In this document: positions 1-9,652 of the stretch, one piece after another
Layout: the number at the start of each line of letters is the position of its first letter
Numbering within the stretch: position 1 is the first letter of the stretch
Assembly (NCBI GenBank): GCA_934246625.1
Contig: CAKQHZ010000001.1
Span: 270,001-302,000 of the forward strand
Source: an uncultured Alphaproteobacteria bacterium
GTDB taxonomy: Bacteria; Pseudomonadota; Alphaproteobacteria; Rs-D84; CACZYB01
Direction: 5' to 3'
DNA: 32,000 nucleotides
The notes under the pieces: model-generated
Told to the model about the DNA's origin: nothing
Databases searched by the model: none
The model's input: only the letters and a program-made list of their open reading frames with translations
Program-made: the position numbers and the translations under genes

Positions 1-408
1 TATATAATTATAAGCCTCTGAGTTAGTGTAAATTTCTTTTTCAATATCGTAATTATTTTCAATTTCAAAACTTGCTATTATAAAAATTGAAATTATAACA
101 GTTTCAAAAGTTCCTAATAAAGATACGCCTATTATTTTTTCATATTTTTGCTCAAAATCTTCTCTAATACTTACATGAGAATAACGAGATTCTACACTAA
201 AATATTCAATTAAATTAAATATATTTTCATATTCTTTACTAATATCTTTAATAATCGTAATTATCTTATTTATGTAATCATCATCAAATGAAGATGTTAC
301 AAATAAAATTCTATCTATATCTTTACTTAAATAAGAATAAATTTGAGATTGTTTTAAATGACATCTTTCTTTTAAATATTTTGAATAAAGTGATTCGTCA
401 ATTAACAT
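1..408 (-). CDS. Partial CDS (N-terminal 136 codons; continues past the window start), hypothetical protein
   Basis: My hand translation of the reverse strand from the ATG (cat at 406-408) gives MLIDESLYSKYLKERCHLKQSQIYSYLSKDIDRILF... and stays open to position 1. A run of 136 stop-free codons is unlikely by chance in DNA this AT-rich. AAGGG lies 6 nt upstream of the ATG. There is no recognisable motif. The ORF is not in the supplied track, presumably because it runs off the edge. Confidence 0.55.
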   Translation of the reverse strand, partial: MLIDESLYSKYLKERCHLKQSQIYSYLSKDIDRILFVTSSFDDDYINKIITIIKDISKEYENIFNLIEYFSVESRYSHVSIREDFEQKYEKIIGVSLLGTFETVIISIFIIASFEIENNYDIEKEIYTNSEAYNYI

Positions 409-525
409 AATATACCCTTCTATTTTAAAATAGATACAGCTACTATTCTACTTCTTATATCCAGCTCTATTTTAAATATAATTCCACAATAATCAAATCT
501 TTTTCCCCTGCAAATTTCTGCAAAA

Positions 526-547
526 ATTCGGCAATGATTCGGCAATG
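526..547. repeat. Perfect tandem duplication of an 11-mer (attcggcaatg x2), preceded by ctgcaaa x2 at 508-514 and 518-524
   Basis: Read directly from the sequence in the non-coding region downstream of the tRNA-Thr 3' end. Function unknown. Confidence 0.6.
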
Positions 548-615
548 GAAATTTTGCACGCAAAACTCATCGTTCTTACTAACTTCATAACTCATTGATT
601 TTTGGATGGTTTTAG

Positions 616-691
<76 letters not shown>

Positions 692-745
692 AATCAAGAT
701 AGCTATAATAATAACAATATTTTTTCAAAAATCAAGAAAAATTTA

Positions 746-2068
746 TTATTTTTTATCAATCAGCATTTCATATAGGTCAAATGATGGATAGCCATCTGGA
801 ATTATTGGGTTTCCAGATTTATATGTTGTAATTTCTTCGCCCGTTGGTGAAACATCTTTATCCCCATCTAAAAGCATATTTTGATACTTTTTTATCGCCT
901 TCATTGTCAACTTACCATACAAACCTGAAATCTTTGCATTATAAATGTCAAGTTTTGCAAGTTTTTCCTGTATTTCCTTTATTTGATTTGTGCTCATGGG
1001 CTTTATTTTATCCCAATTTGCAGGACGATCAAATAATGGTGTAGAGTTTGATACTATTGCATCTGAAAGAAGCCCGATTGATAAAGCATAATTAGTTGAA
1101 AAATTCCAACGCATAATATATTTAAAATTGTTATACACAAGAAAAACTGGACCATTCACACCATCAGGAGCAATCAAAGATGCACTTATATCTGAAGAAG
1201 GAAGTGGTGAACCATCATATTTTTTTACTCCAAGAGATTTGAAAAAATTAACATCTTTCCACTCATTAGAATTTACATATTGCCAAACATTTTTATCCTT
1301 TTTATCAACAAGAACAGGTCTTCCCCATTTATATTTTCCATTCCAACCCATTTTTGATAAATAGTTGGCAGCTGAATTTACTGCGTCTTCAAGATTATTG
1401 ATTAAATCGATTTTTCCATCACCATTTCCATCAACGGCATAAGCCATAAAGGTTGATGGCATAAATTGGAAATTGCCAAAGGCTCCTGCCCATGAACCTT
1501 TCAATGATTTTATACTTATATGACCAGCATTTACGATTTGCAAAGCCTTTATAAGTTCTGAGGTAAAGAAATCTGAACGTCGAGGGTCAAATGCCAAAGT
1601 TGTAAGGGCTGGAATTATTGAATGATTACCCATATATTTCCCATAATTGGTTTCCATTCCCCAAAATGCAATCAAAATTTGTGGTTGGACATTATATTTT
1701 TCAGCAACAGAATAAAATAACTTTGCATTTTGTTTGAGCTTTATTTTTCCATTTGCTACACGTTCAGGCTTTAATGCAGAATCGTAATAGTTCCAAAACG
1801 TTTTCATAAATTCAGGTTGTTTTCTGTCGTAATTGATAATTTTTGGTTCGTATTTAATATCACGAAAAGCCTCATCAACAATGGATTGCTTTATTTTATA
1901 TTTTTTTACGGCTGTTTTTTTGAAATCTTCCACCCATTCTTTAAATTCCTTATCATCAAAGGTTTCGACATCTTCTGTGGCAGTTGCCAAAGCATTTATT
2001 GCTGGGGCTTCCTGTGCCAAAGAAATGTGTGAAAATAAACATAATATAAATAAAATTAAATACTTCAT
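746..2068 (-). CDS. Lytic murein transglycosylase (MltB / TIGR02283-like) with a C-terminal peptidoglycan-binding (PG_binding_1-like) domain
   Basis: Signal peptide MKYLILFILCLFSHISLAQE. Transglycosylase-type motifs FWGMETNYG, GAFGNFQFMPSTF, DGNGDGKIDL and AANYL. C-terminal IQEKLAKLDIYNAKISGLYGKLTMKAIKKYQ resembles a PG-binding repeat. It starts 9 nt after the recJ stop. Confidence 0.8.
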   Translation of the reverse strand: MKYLILFILCLFSHISLAQEAPAINALATATEDVETFDDKEFKEWVEDFKKTAVKKYKIKQSIVDEAFRDIKYEPKIINYDRKQPEFMKTFWNYYDSALKPERVANGKIKLKQNAKLFYSVAEKYNVQPQILIAFWGMETNYGKYMGNHSIIPALTTLAFDPRRSDFFTSELIKALQIVNAGHISIKSLKGSWAGAFGNFQFMPSTFMAYAVDGNGDGKIDLINNLEDAVNSAANYLSKMGWNGKYKWGRPVLVDKKDKNVWQYVNSNEWKDVNFFKSLGVKKYDGSPLPSSDISASLIAPDGVNGPVFLVYNNFKYIMRWNFSTNYALSIGLLSDAIVSNSTPLFDRPANWDKIKPMSTNQIKEIQEKLAKLDIYNAKISGLYGKLTMKAIKKYQNMLLDGDKDVSPTGEEITTYKSGNPIIPDGYPSFDLYEMLIDKK

Positions 2069-2077
2069 TGTAATACC

Positions 2078-3877
2078 TTATATCTTCGCAATATCGTCAA
2101 TTATAAATTGAATATAATGTTTGCCGTTCCAATCATTTGCACGAATCTTTCCTGCAAGTTTGAAACGTGAACCAACTTCGGATAATAACACCTCACCAAC
2201 CTCTGTATCAACTGCTTTATAACAAATAGCTGAAATTGACTTGCCATTATCAGATGCAAAATAGCACCTTATATTACCACCACCTATTGCATCGCTTCCT
2301 GTGAGTTTTGCATTTAAAATTGCGAATCGAGGTTCTTCGTTTGCAGTTCCAAATGGTTCCAAAATTTTTAATTTATTTATTAACTCATTATTTATACCAG
2401 TTATGTCAATCACAGAATCTATGTTTAACACAGGTATAATTTTTTGTGATTTAGTTGATGATTCAATATAATCATGTAAGAATTTTTTGAATTCTTCTAT
2501 CTTTGATTCTTCAAGTGTGAATCCCGCAGCCATAGAATGTCCGCCACCTTCCTTAAGGATACCTATTTCCTTTGCCTTTATAATAGCACTGCCCAAATCA
2601 ATTTCTGGAATACTACGTCCACTTCCATTTGCAATACCATTTTCGTCAATGGTTGCCACACAGGTTGGAAGGTTGTATCGCTCCTTTAATCTTCCTGCGA
2701 TAATTCCAATAACTCCAGTATGCCAATTATTACCACTTACAAAAATAAAGTTATCATCAGGTTTAAGTTCACTTGATACCTTTTGAAAAGCCTGCTCTAA
2801 AACAGAGGCTTCTATATCCTTTCTTTCCAAATTAAAATTATTTAATTTTTGAGCAAGGCTGTCCGCTGTCAATGGATTACGTGTAGTTAAAAGTTGTGCA
2901 GCAATACTTGAATTTCCAACACGACCACCGGCATTTATTCTTGGACCTAAAACATAACCCAAATGATATATTGATGGAGAAGTGCTTACACCTGATACAT
3001 CACAAAGAGATTTTAAACCAATATTTTGGCGTCGAGCCATAACCTTTACACCCACAGAAACAAATGCTCGATTAACACCAACAAGTGGAACAACATCACA
3101 TACAGTGCCAAGTGCAACCAAATCCAAATATGAAAATAAATCAGGTTCTTCGATACCCTTTTTCTTATAAAAACCACGTTCACGCAAAGTTTTATTAAGG
3201 GCAACTGTTAAAAGAAATACTACGCCACAAGCCGCCAAATATGTTAAACCAGAATCATCATCAACACGTTTTGGGTCCACAACTGCAACGGCATTAGGAA
3301 TGCCAACTTCGGCTTCGTGATGGTCAGCAATCACAATATCTAAATCCATTTGATTTGCCAAATCAACTGCATCAAACCCAGTTATTCCACAATCAACTGC
3401 AACAACCAAAGTGCAACCAGCGGACATAAGTTTTTTTAATCCATCGGAGCTTAAACCATAACCATCATTTTGACGATCAGGGATAAAAATTTGAATATTT
3501 TTTACACCAACATCATATAAAAATTTATAAAGTATTGAAGATGAAGTCGCACCATCAACATCATAATCTCCAAAAATACCAATGGCCTCATTTGATTCAA
3601 TGGCACGAACAATTCGATTAACTGCCTTGTCCATATCTTTTAAAATAAATGGCGACGGCAACAAACTTTTTATTTGTGGAGAAATATAAGTATCCGTTTT
3701 TTCAAAAGGAACCTTTCTTGAATTTATAATTTTTGCAATTATATCTGGTAAATTATATTTTTGGCAAACCGCCTGAACAAATCGTTCATCGGGGGTAAAC
3801 AATCTCCACCTAAACCCATTAAATGAAGTATTTTCATCGGTTAAAAATTCGCTTTTATCACCACCTGAGGGAATCAT
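2078..3877 (-). CDS. recJ: Single-stranded-DNA-specific exonuclease RecJ
   Basis: DHH-family motifs GDYDVDGATSS, AVDCG and IVIADHHEA, plus the DHHA1 motif GGGHSMAAG. The 599-aa length is typical of RecJ. Confidence 0.92.
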   Translation of the reverse strand: MIPSGGDKSEFLTDENTSFNGFRWRLFTPDERFVQAVCQKYNLPDIIAKIINSRKVPFEKTDTYISPQIKSLLPSPFILKDMDKAVNRIVRAIESNEAIGIFGDYDVDGATSSSILYKFLYDVGVKNIQIFIPDRQNDGYGLSSDGLKKLMSAGCTLVVAVDCGITGFDAVDLANQMDLDIVIADHHEAEVGIPNAVAVVDPKRVDDDSGLTYLAACGVVFLLTVALNKTLRERGFYKKKGIEEPDLFSYLDLVALGTVCDVVPLVGVNRAFVSVGVKVMARRQNIGLKSLCDVSGVSTSPSIYHLGYVLGPRINAGGRVGNSSIAAQLLTTRNPLTADSLAQKLNNFNLERKDIEASVLEQAFQKVSSELKPDDNFIFVSGNNWHTGVIGIIAGRLKERYNLPTCVATIDENGIANGSGRSIPEIDLGSAIIKAKEIGILKEGGGHSMAAGFTLEESKIEEFKKFLHDYIESSTKSQKIIPVLNIDSVIDITGINNELINKLKILEPFGTANEEPRFAILNAKLTGSDAIGGGNIRCYFASDNGKSISAICYKAVDTEVGEVLLSEVGSRFKLAGKIRANDWNGKHYIQFIIDDIAKI

Positions 3878-3900
3878 TTAAAACTATCCTTATAATCAAT

Positions 3901-3933
3901 AAAAATAAAAGGCAGATAAAATACACTGCCCTT
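3901..3933 (-). terminator. Putative intrinsic terminator after the OmpA-like lipoprotein gene
   Basis: The minus strand reads AAGGGCAG-tgtattttat-CTGCCTT followed by TTATTTTTATT. The stem is short and bulged. Confidence 0.4.
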
Positions 3934-3941
3934 ATATAACA

Positions 3942-4829
3942 CTAATAATTTATATATACTTCTGTTCGTCTGTTTATTGCTTCGTTGATTGGCATATTTT
4001 CTTCAACAACCTTTTCTGTATCTGCAACGGCATCAATAAATATTTTATCAGAAGGAACACCTTGAGAAATCAACACATCACGAACCTTTTGTGCACGAAG
4101 AATTGATAATTCAAAGTTTTTAAGTTTGTTTTGTATTTCCTTCATATTCTTTGAACGGCTTGAAGAATTTCCAACAACACGAATTGTGCCATTATTCTTC
4201 TTTACAAATTCAGCAACTGATTTCAAAGCCTTTATATCCTTTGCAGAAATATCAGCTTGTGCATTTGAATGATAAATAATTGTGCTTAAAAATGTAATGC
4301 TTTGATTTGAAGTTTTTGTGTCTTCTTTTACATCAACAATATTAAATTTTAAATTCTTTGATGATTGTGTTTTTTTAGCTTCAACCTTTTTTGGCATTGT
4401 GATAGGACGAGAAACGTGTTTTATACCACGGCTTTCTTCTGCTTGACGAACAGCCATTTCAAATTCTAAATCAGTATCTGCTACTGGCATTGTTGTATCT
4501 TCGACATAAACATCTTCTACAAATGAAACAACTTCATCATTATTTGCAACTGGTGCTGTAATAATTTCAACATCGTTTTTTGTATCTTCAGAAATGATAA
4601 CTGTATCATCAGCTACCTCCTTGTGTTCTTCGATTTTTTTATCCAAAGAATGCACAGGAGCATTTTCAACTTCAACCTTTACAGTTTCACTTTTGTAGAC
4701 AACATTTGTATCGATAAGGTCATTAGAATTAACAGGAATATTGTTATTTATATCTGATGATGTGCAACCGACAATCGCCAAAAGCATAACTATTGGTAAA
4801 GATAAACATTTTTTGATTTCAAATTTCAT
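3942..4829 (-). CDS. Lipoprotein with a degenerate OmpA-like (peptidoglycan-associated) C-terminal domain
   Basis: Lipobox LLAIVGC at the end of the signal peptide. An acidic low-complexity linker follows. The C-terminus IRVVGNSSSRS...LSILRAQKVRDVLISQGVP...RRTEVYI follows the OmpA_C pattern (xGxTDxxG / LSxxRA / RRVEI). GAGGG SD. Confidence 0.65.
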   Translation of the reverse strand: MKFEIKKCLSLPIVMLLAIVGCTSSDINNNIPVNSNDLIDTNVVYKSETVKVEVENAPVHSLDKKIEEHKEVADDTVIISEDTKNDVEIITAPVANNDEVVSFVEDVYVEDTTMPVADTDLEFEMAVRQAEESRGIKHVSRPITMPKKVEAKKTQSSKNLKFNIVDVKEDTKTSNQSITFLSTIIYHSNAQADISAKDIKALKSVAEFVKKNNGTIRVVGNSSSRSKNMKEIQNKLKNFELSILRAQKVRDVLISQGVPSDKIFIDAVADTEKVVEENMPINEAINRRTEVYINY

Positions 4830-4918
4830 ATTAAAACCCTCGTATAAATTATATTTATAAAATATAATACCCCAATTATTACTTTGTTTTCAACAGTTTT
4901 CTTTAAAATTTGTATTTT

Positions 4919-5605
4919 TTATTTTTTTACAAATGAAAGATAGATTGGTTTTCGTAATTCTTTAAGGGCTTTTTGTTCATATTTTGTGGTTTCCCAATCA
5001 TTTGGAGGATTAACAAAATCTGATGATTTGGTTGCCAACCATTCAAATAAATTACTATCCTTCATACAAAATAAAACCCATGGGATATAAATTGGGTGGT
5101 CGCTTGCAACAAAAAGATTTCCTCCTTTTGTTAAAAATTTATGAAACAAAGTTAAATTTGTTTTATTTATCATACGACGATTTTCATTTCTGTTTTTTGG
5201 CCATGGATCAGGATATAAAACAAAAATTCGAGAAAAAGTTTCGTCCTTGATAAATGGGAATAACAAATTTACATCGTCTGGAAAAATTCGAATATTTTTT
5301 ATATTATTTTCAAGAATCTTTTTTAAAATTGACGCATTTCCATTTACAAAAACTTCGGTTCCAATAAAACCAACATCTGGATTTTTAAGTGCCATTTGAA
5401 CGATATGGTCGCCATCGCCATAACCAATTTCAAAAATAAGTTTTGATGGTGTAAAGTCAAATAATTTATTAAAATCTATAGTTCCAGATTTTGGTAATTT
5501 TATTTCAAATTTTGGCATTTCAGAGGAGATTAAATCTTCCTTTGCCTTACTCATTCCCTTACCTTTACGGCGTCCAAAAAAAGTTTTTTGTTTTATATCA
5601 ATCAT
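4919..5605 (-). CDS. trmB: tRNA (guanine46-N7)-methyltransferase
   Basis: SAM-binding region EIGYGDGDHIV...FIGTEVF and the conserved YPDPWPK motif. It overlaps the upstream HD gene by 8 nt. Confidence 0.9.
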   Translation of the reverse strand: MIDIKQKTFFGRRKGKGMSKAKEDLISSEMPKFEIKLPKSGTIDFNKLFDFTPSKLIFEIGYGDGDHIVQMALKNPDVGFIGTEVFVNGNASILKKILENNIKNIRIFPDDVNLLFPFIKDETFSRIFVLYPDPWPKNRNENRRMINKTNLTLFHKFLTKGGNLFVASDHPIYIPWVLFCMKDSNLFEWLATKSSDFVNPPNDWETTKYEQKALKELRKPIYLSFVKK

Positions 5606-6380
5606 TGTAATTTACCATTTCTTTTACAAGTTTTACATCTTCGGCTGTGGCACCATATTTTACAAATTCATTTAACAGAATTTTAACATAATTCATTTTT
5701 TTGATTGTTTCCTTTGTTGCATCAAAATATATGTCATTTACCCAAGAAATGACTATTGCAATATGGTCAGAAATAGTTTTTAAATTTTTGTTATCAATAA
5801 ATTCTTTTTTTATAATGGATTGTCTTACAATATCCGTCAATGAACCATTTGGATGATGAAATACAGGAATTCCGTGAAGTATAAAGTTTTCCATATTTTC
5901 AAGTTTATCTGCATCACGCAAAATTTTTGCAACTATATCTGCAATTTTTTTATCCTTGTCGGAAAGTGAAGTATAGTATTCTGAATTATAATCTATACTT
6001 ATTAAATCGTGTGAAGAAATTGCAAAAAGCAATATTGGATTATTAAACAATGGATTTGCTTTTAATATATCAACAGCCTTTGCTCCATGATGAAAGATAT
6101 AATTTGGAATAAAGTTTCCATTTTCATCACATTGATAGAATCGTGCCAAATCGTGAAGAATTGCAGATAATTCAATAAGCTCCTTAACCTCGGTGGTTAA
6201 ATATGGCTGTATGCTATCTTCTCTTATCATTATATCAATAATTGTATGTGCAACTGCAAAAGTATGTTTCAACTTATGAAGAAAATATTTTTCACAATCT
6301 TCTTTTGTTTTGAACTTTGCATATTGAGAAGAATACGCATTGCAAATAAGTTTTGTTGCCTCATAAATTTTGTCTAACAT
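5598..6380 (-). CDS. HD-domain metal-dependent phosphohydrolase
   Basis: H...HD...D signature: HTFAVAH, ILHDLARF, HHGAKAV, SSHD, RDADKLEN. Its perfect AGGAGG SD is embedded in the last codons of the upstream membrane-protein gene. Confidence 0.75.
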   Translation of the reverse strand: MLDKIYEATKLICNAYSSQYAKFKTKEDCEKYFLHKLKHTFAVAHTIIDIMIREDSIQPYLTTEVKELIELSAILHDLARFYQCDENGNFIPNYIFHHGAKAVDILKANPLFNNPILLFAISSHDLISIDYNSEYYTSLSDKDKKIADIVAKILRDADKLENMENFILHGIPVFHHPNGSLTDIVRQSIIKKEFIDNKNLKTISDHIAIVISWVNDIYFDATKETIKKMNYVKILLNEFVKYGATAEDVKLVKEMVNYND

Positions 6381-6381
6381 A

Positions 6382-7863
6382 TTATCCTCCTATATTTATA
6401 ATTGGTAATAACAAAATTGTTATAATAATAAGTAATGTTGTTATTTGATTTGTAAGTGGAATTACATTATTCCTTATTATATTATTAACGTCCATATCCA
6501 AAGATTGATTACTATAAATTACATCTATTGCATTTATTCCGATAAGGGAAACCAAAGATGTCATAATTATCAATCCTAAAACAAAAGATGCAAGAACTTC
6601 ATAATTTATATATGGAAATACGAAATAAAGGCATACACAGAATAAAAAGATGTATAAAGAGCTTCTGAAAAATAAATATACACTTTTGCGATTTAATTCC
6701 ATATATTTTGTTAAATTAAAAATCTTTAATAAATTAAATATGACAAGAACTATACTTAAAAACAAACCAATAATAACATTTGTTGAAAATATGTTTATAT
6801 CAAGTTGTCTTCGTGCAACAAATTCCAATGTTTCAAAAAAGATATAAAATAACACTATGTTGTTAAGTGATTTTGCAACATATCTATAGCTGTCTGAATT
6901 ATTATAAATTGATGATGTTGTGTATTTTAAGAATCTGTTGCCTATCATTGAAAGACATACAACTGCAAGTCCATAAAAATTTCCGAAATTAAGGGAAATA
7001 AAAATAATAGCAACCATCAAAAGTCCCGCCCAAAATGTAGAAGATACTATATTTGAAATAGGATATAAATATCTTAAATTTACTGGAATCTTCCTTTTAT
7101 CACCAAGTTTATTTATATTCAAATATGTCGCAAATTTTGTAATAAGATATGTTCCCAAAATTCCTATCATCAAGATAATAAAGATATTATAACTTAATGA
7201 AAAAGCAAATATAATCCAAAATGAAACCAAGATAAAACAAAATAAATCAAAGAATTCGTTCACATATTGTCTTACTTGTCTTTCAAATTTGTTTGTAAAA
7301 TATTCTAATATCAACCCAACATTTGAAAGCAAAAGATAAACTATACTTATAAAAAATGGGAAATTGATAAGTGTTGTTCGCTTTAATCCCGCACCAAAAT
7401 AACGTGTAATATCAACAATAGGTATAAGAGAAGCAAGAATCGCTGTTGTTTCTGTGATAACGATAAATAAAAATGTATTATCAATACCTTTTAAAATAAT
7501 ATTTGAAAAAAGTATTGAAAATTTTGACTTATATTTTGTAACTATATTGATAATTTTTATAATAATATTACAAAGTATCAAACCTCCAAGAATAAGCAAT
7601 GATGATAAAATACTATCAAGATTTTCAAAATAGTGATTATAGAGGAAATATAAACCTAAAACAGAGATTCCAGAAAAAAACACACTTGAAATCTCACTTA
7701 GTTTATATGCAAGGTTTTCATCTATATTTTTAAAAAATGTTTTATCCTTAAACCTTTTAAATAAAAGACTTAACAACAAAACAACGAATTCAAAAGAAAA
7801 AATCACACCTGCTATATTCATAATAGTCAATACTTGCATTGATGAAATTTCACTTAAAAGCAT
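6382..7863 (-). CDS. Polytopic integral membrane protein (about 12-14 predicted TM segments), function unknown
   Basis: A 493-codon ORF in extremely AT-rich DNA. AAGGAG SD 6 nt before the ATG. Hydrophobic segments alternate with short K/R/N-rich loops. I recognised no transporter or enzyme motif. The stop is 1 nt from the HD gene start. Confidence 0.7.
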   Translation of the reverse strand: MLLSEISSMQVLTIMNIAGVIFSFEFVVLLLSLLFKRFKDKTFFKNIDENLAYKLSEISSVFFSGISVLGLYFLYNHYFENLDSILSSLLILGGLILCNIIIKIINIVTKYKSKFSILFSNIILKGIDNTFLFIVITETTAILASLIPIVDITRYFGAGLKRTTLINFPFFISIVYLLLSNVGLILEYFTNKFERQVRQYVNEFFDLFCFILVSFWIIFAFSLSYNIFIILMIGILGTYLITKFATYLNINKLGDKRKIPVNLRYLYPISNIVSSTFWAGLLMVAIIFISLNFGNFYGLAVVCLSMIGNRFLKYTTSSIYNNSDSYRYVAKSLNNIVLFYIFFETLEFVARRQLDINIFSTNVIIGLFLSIVLVIFNLLKIFNLTKYMELNRKSVYLFFRSSLYIFLFCVCLYFVFPYINYEVLASFVLGLIIMTSLVSLIGINAIDVIYSNQSLDMDVNNIIRNNVIPLTNQITTLLIIITILLLPIINIGG

Positions 7864-7940
7864 TTAATACTCCTTTTAAACTTTAATTTTATGTTATAAT
7901 AATCGTAATTTAATTATTTTGCAACTAACCAATTATTTTT

Positions 7941-7969
7941 TTGACTTTAAAAGAAGTATTTGCTAACAT
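7941..7969 (+). promoter_or_regulatory. Candidate sigma70-type promoter for the NMO-family gene
   Basis: TTGACT (7941-7946), a 17-nt spacer, then TAACAT (7964-7969), about 40 nt upstream of the ATG at 8008. AT-rich DNA yields many false matches. Confidence 0.3.
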
Positions 7970-8007
7970 AGTTAAATCAAAAATATATAAGAGGCTAAAA
8001 GAGTAAA

Positions 8008-9405
8008 ATGATTTTAAACAGTATTAGCATTGCAGGGAAAGAAATTCTCCCTATTATAGAAGGTGGTAAAGGCGTAAATGTTTCAACTGGACTTACTTCT
8101 GGAAGATGGGCGAATTGCGGTGGTGCTGGCACATTTTCTGGTGTAAATCCTGATTTTTATGATAAAGATGGTAATTTTGAAAAACCTGTATTTTATGGAA
8201 AAACTCGTCAGGAAAGACAAAAGGAACTTATTGAATATGGTATAAGAGGTTGTCTTGACCAAGCAGGTATTGCACACGAAGAATCTCGTGGAAATGGACT
8301 TGTATTTATGAATGTGCTTTGGGAACAAGGTGGTTCTCAAGAATTACTTACAAATGTTCTTGAAAAAGCAAAGGGCACAATAAAGGCTATTTCTTGCGGT
8401 GCTGGTATGCCTTTTAAACTTGCTGATATATGTGCTGCAAACAAAACTTTCTTTAACCCAATTATATCTTCTGCAAGAGTTTTGCAACTTCTTTGGAAAC
8501 GTTCTTATTATCGTTTCAAGGAATGGATTGGTGCTGTTATTTATGAAGATCCATGGCTTGCTGGTGGACATAATGGTTTATCAAATGCAGATAATCCTTT
8601 GGCTCCTGAAAAACCTTTGGCAAGACTTCTTGAAATAAGAAAGTTTATGAATGAAGTTGGACTTAAAACTGTCCCTATAATAATAGCAGGTGGTATTTGG
8701 TGGCTTTCTGAATGGATTGACTATATTAACAACAAAGAAATTGGTCCTGTTGGTTTTCAATTTGGAACAAGACCTATGGTAACAATGGAAAGTCCATTAA
8801 AGGATAAAGTTAAACAAAAACTTTTAAATATTGATAATGGTGGCGTTAAACTTCAACAATTTAGCCCTACTGGACTTTATTCTTCTGCTGTGGAAAATAA
8901 TTTCCTTAAGGATTTAGAAGCTCAACTTGAACGACAAATTCCATTTGCTGAAGAACAAAATGATTCTGAAAACTTTAATGTCGCAGTCGAATTAACTGTG
9001 AATAAAAAAACTGTATTTATAAATAAAAATGATGAAGTCAAATTTAAACAATTTATAAATAACGGTTTTAACCACATTTTAAAAACACCATCAAAAACTT
9101 TGCTTTTTGTTTCAAAGGAACGTTTTGATGAAATTCTTGGTGATATGAAAAATTGTGTTGGTTGTCTTTCAAATTGTATGTTTTCTGGATGGACACAACG
9201 CGAAAATGCAATTATTCAACCTGATCCAAGAAGTTTTTGTATTCAAAAATCTTTGCAACAAATTTCTCATACTGATGATGTAGAAGGAAATCTTTTGTTT
9301 GCTGGTCAAATTGTTCACAGATTTAAAACCGACCCATTCTATAAAAATGGGACATTTATCCCAACTGTGAAAGAATTGGTTGAACAAATAAAAACAGGTT
9401 ATTAA
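8008..9405 (+). CDS. FMN-dependent oxidoreductase of the nitronate monooxygenase / 2-nitropropane dioxygenase (NMO, PF03060-like) family, long form
   Basis: N-terminal IIEGGKGVNVS, central CGAGMPF, the TIM-barrel FMN-binding-type segment VPIIIAGGIWW, and C-terminal CVGCLSNC...FCIQKSL as in long NMO/PfaD-like enoyl reductases. Substrate unknown. Confidence 0.6.
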   Translation: MILNSISIAGKEILPIIEGGKGVNVSTGLTSGRWANCGGAGTFSGVNPDFYDKDGNFEKPVFYGKTRQERQKELIEYGIRGCLDQAGIAHEESRGNGLVFMNVLWEQGGSQELLTNVLEKAKGTIKAISCGAGMPFKLADICAANKTFFNPIISSARVLQLLWKRSYYRFKEWIGAVIYEDPWLAGGHNGLSNADNPLAPEKPLARLLEIRKFMNEVGLKTVPIIIAGGIWWLSEWIDYINNKEIGPVGFQFGTRPMVTMESPLKDKVKQKLLNIDNGGVKLQQFSPTGLYSSAVENNFLKDLEAQLERQIPFAEEQNDSENFNVAVELTVNKKTVFINKNDEVKFKQFINNGFNHILKTPSKTLLFVSKERFDEILGDMKNCVGCLSNCMFSGWTQRENAIIQPDPRSFCIQKSLQQISHTDDVEGNLLFAGQIVHRFKTDPFYKNGTFIPTVKELVEQIKTGY

Positions 9406-9409
9406 AACG

Positions 9410-9436
9410 AATCCTCCGAATGGAGGATTTTTTATT
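9410..9436 (+). terminator. Intrinsic terminator of the NMO-family gene
   Basis: AATCCTCC-gaat-GGAGGATT followed by TTTTTATTTT, starting 5 nt after the stop codon. Confidence 0.7.
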
Positions 9437-9603
9437 TTCTATTTAGCAAAAAAAATACCATTTTATTAGCAAGGATATTATTACAGCACCTTGTTCGTTT
9501 AATAGCGATTACAATCAAAAAGAACGTAATACGATAATACAAGAAATAAAAAAAGTATAAAAATATTTAGAAAATAAATCTATAACGTTAGGTTTAGATT
9601 ATT

Positions 9604-9633
9604 AAAAAAATCCCCCTAGAAAGTTCTAGGGGG
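9604..9633 (-). terminator. Intrinsic terminator of the ppiD-like gene
   Basis: The minus strand reads CCCCCTAG-aacttt-CTAGGGGG followed by ATTTTTTT, about 20 nt after the stop. Confidence 0.75.
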
Positions 9634-9652
9634 CATAATTTAATTATTATAC

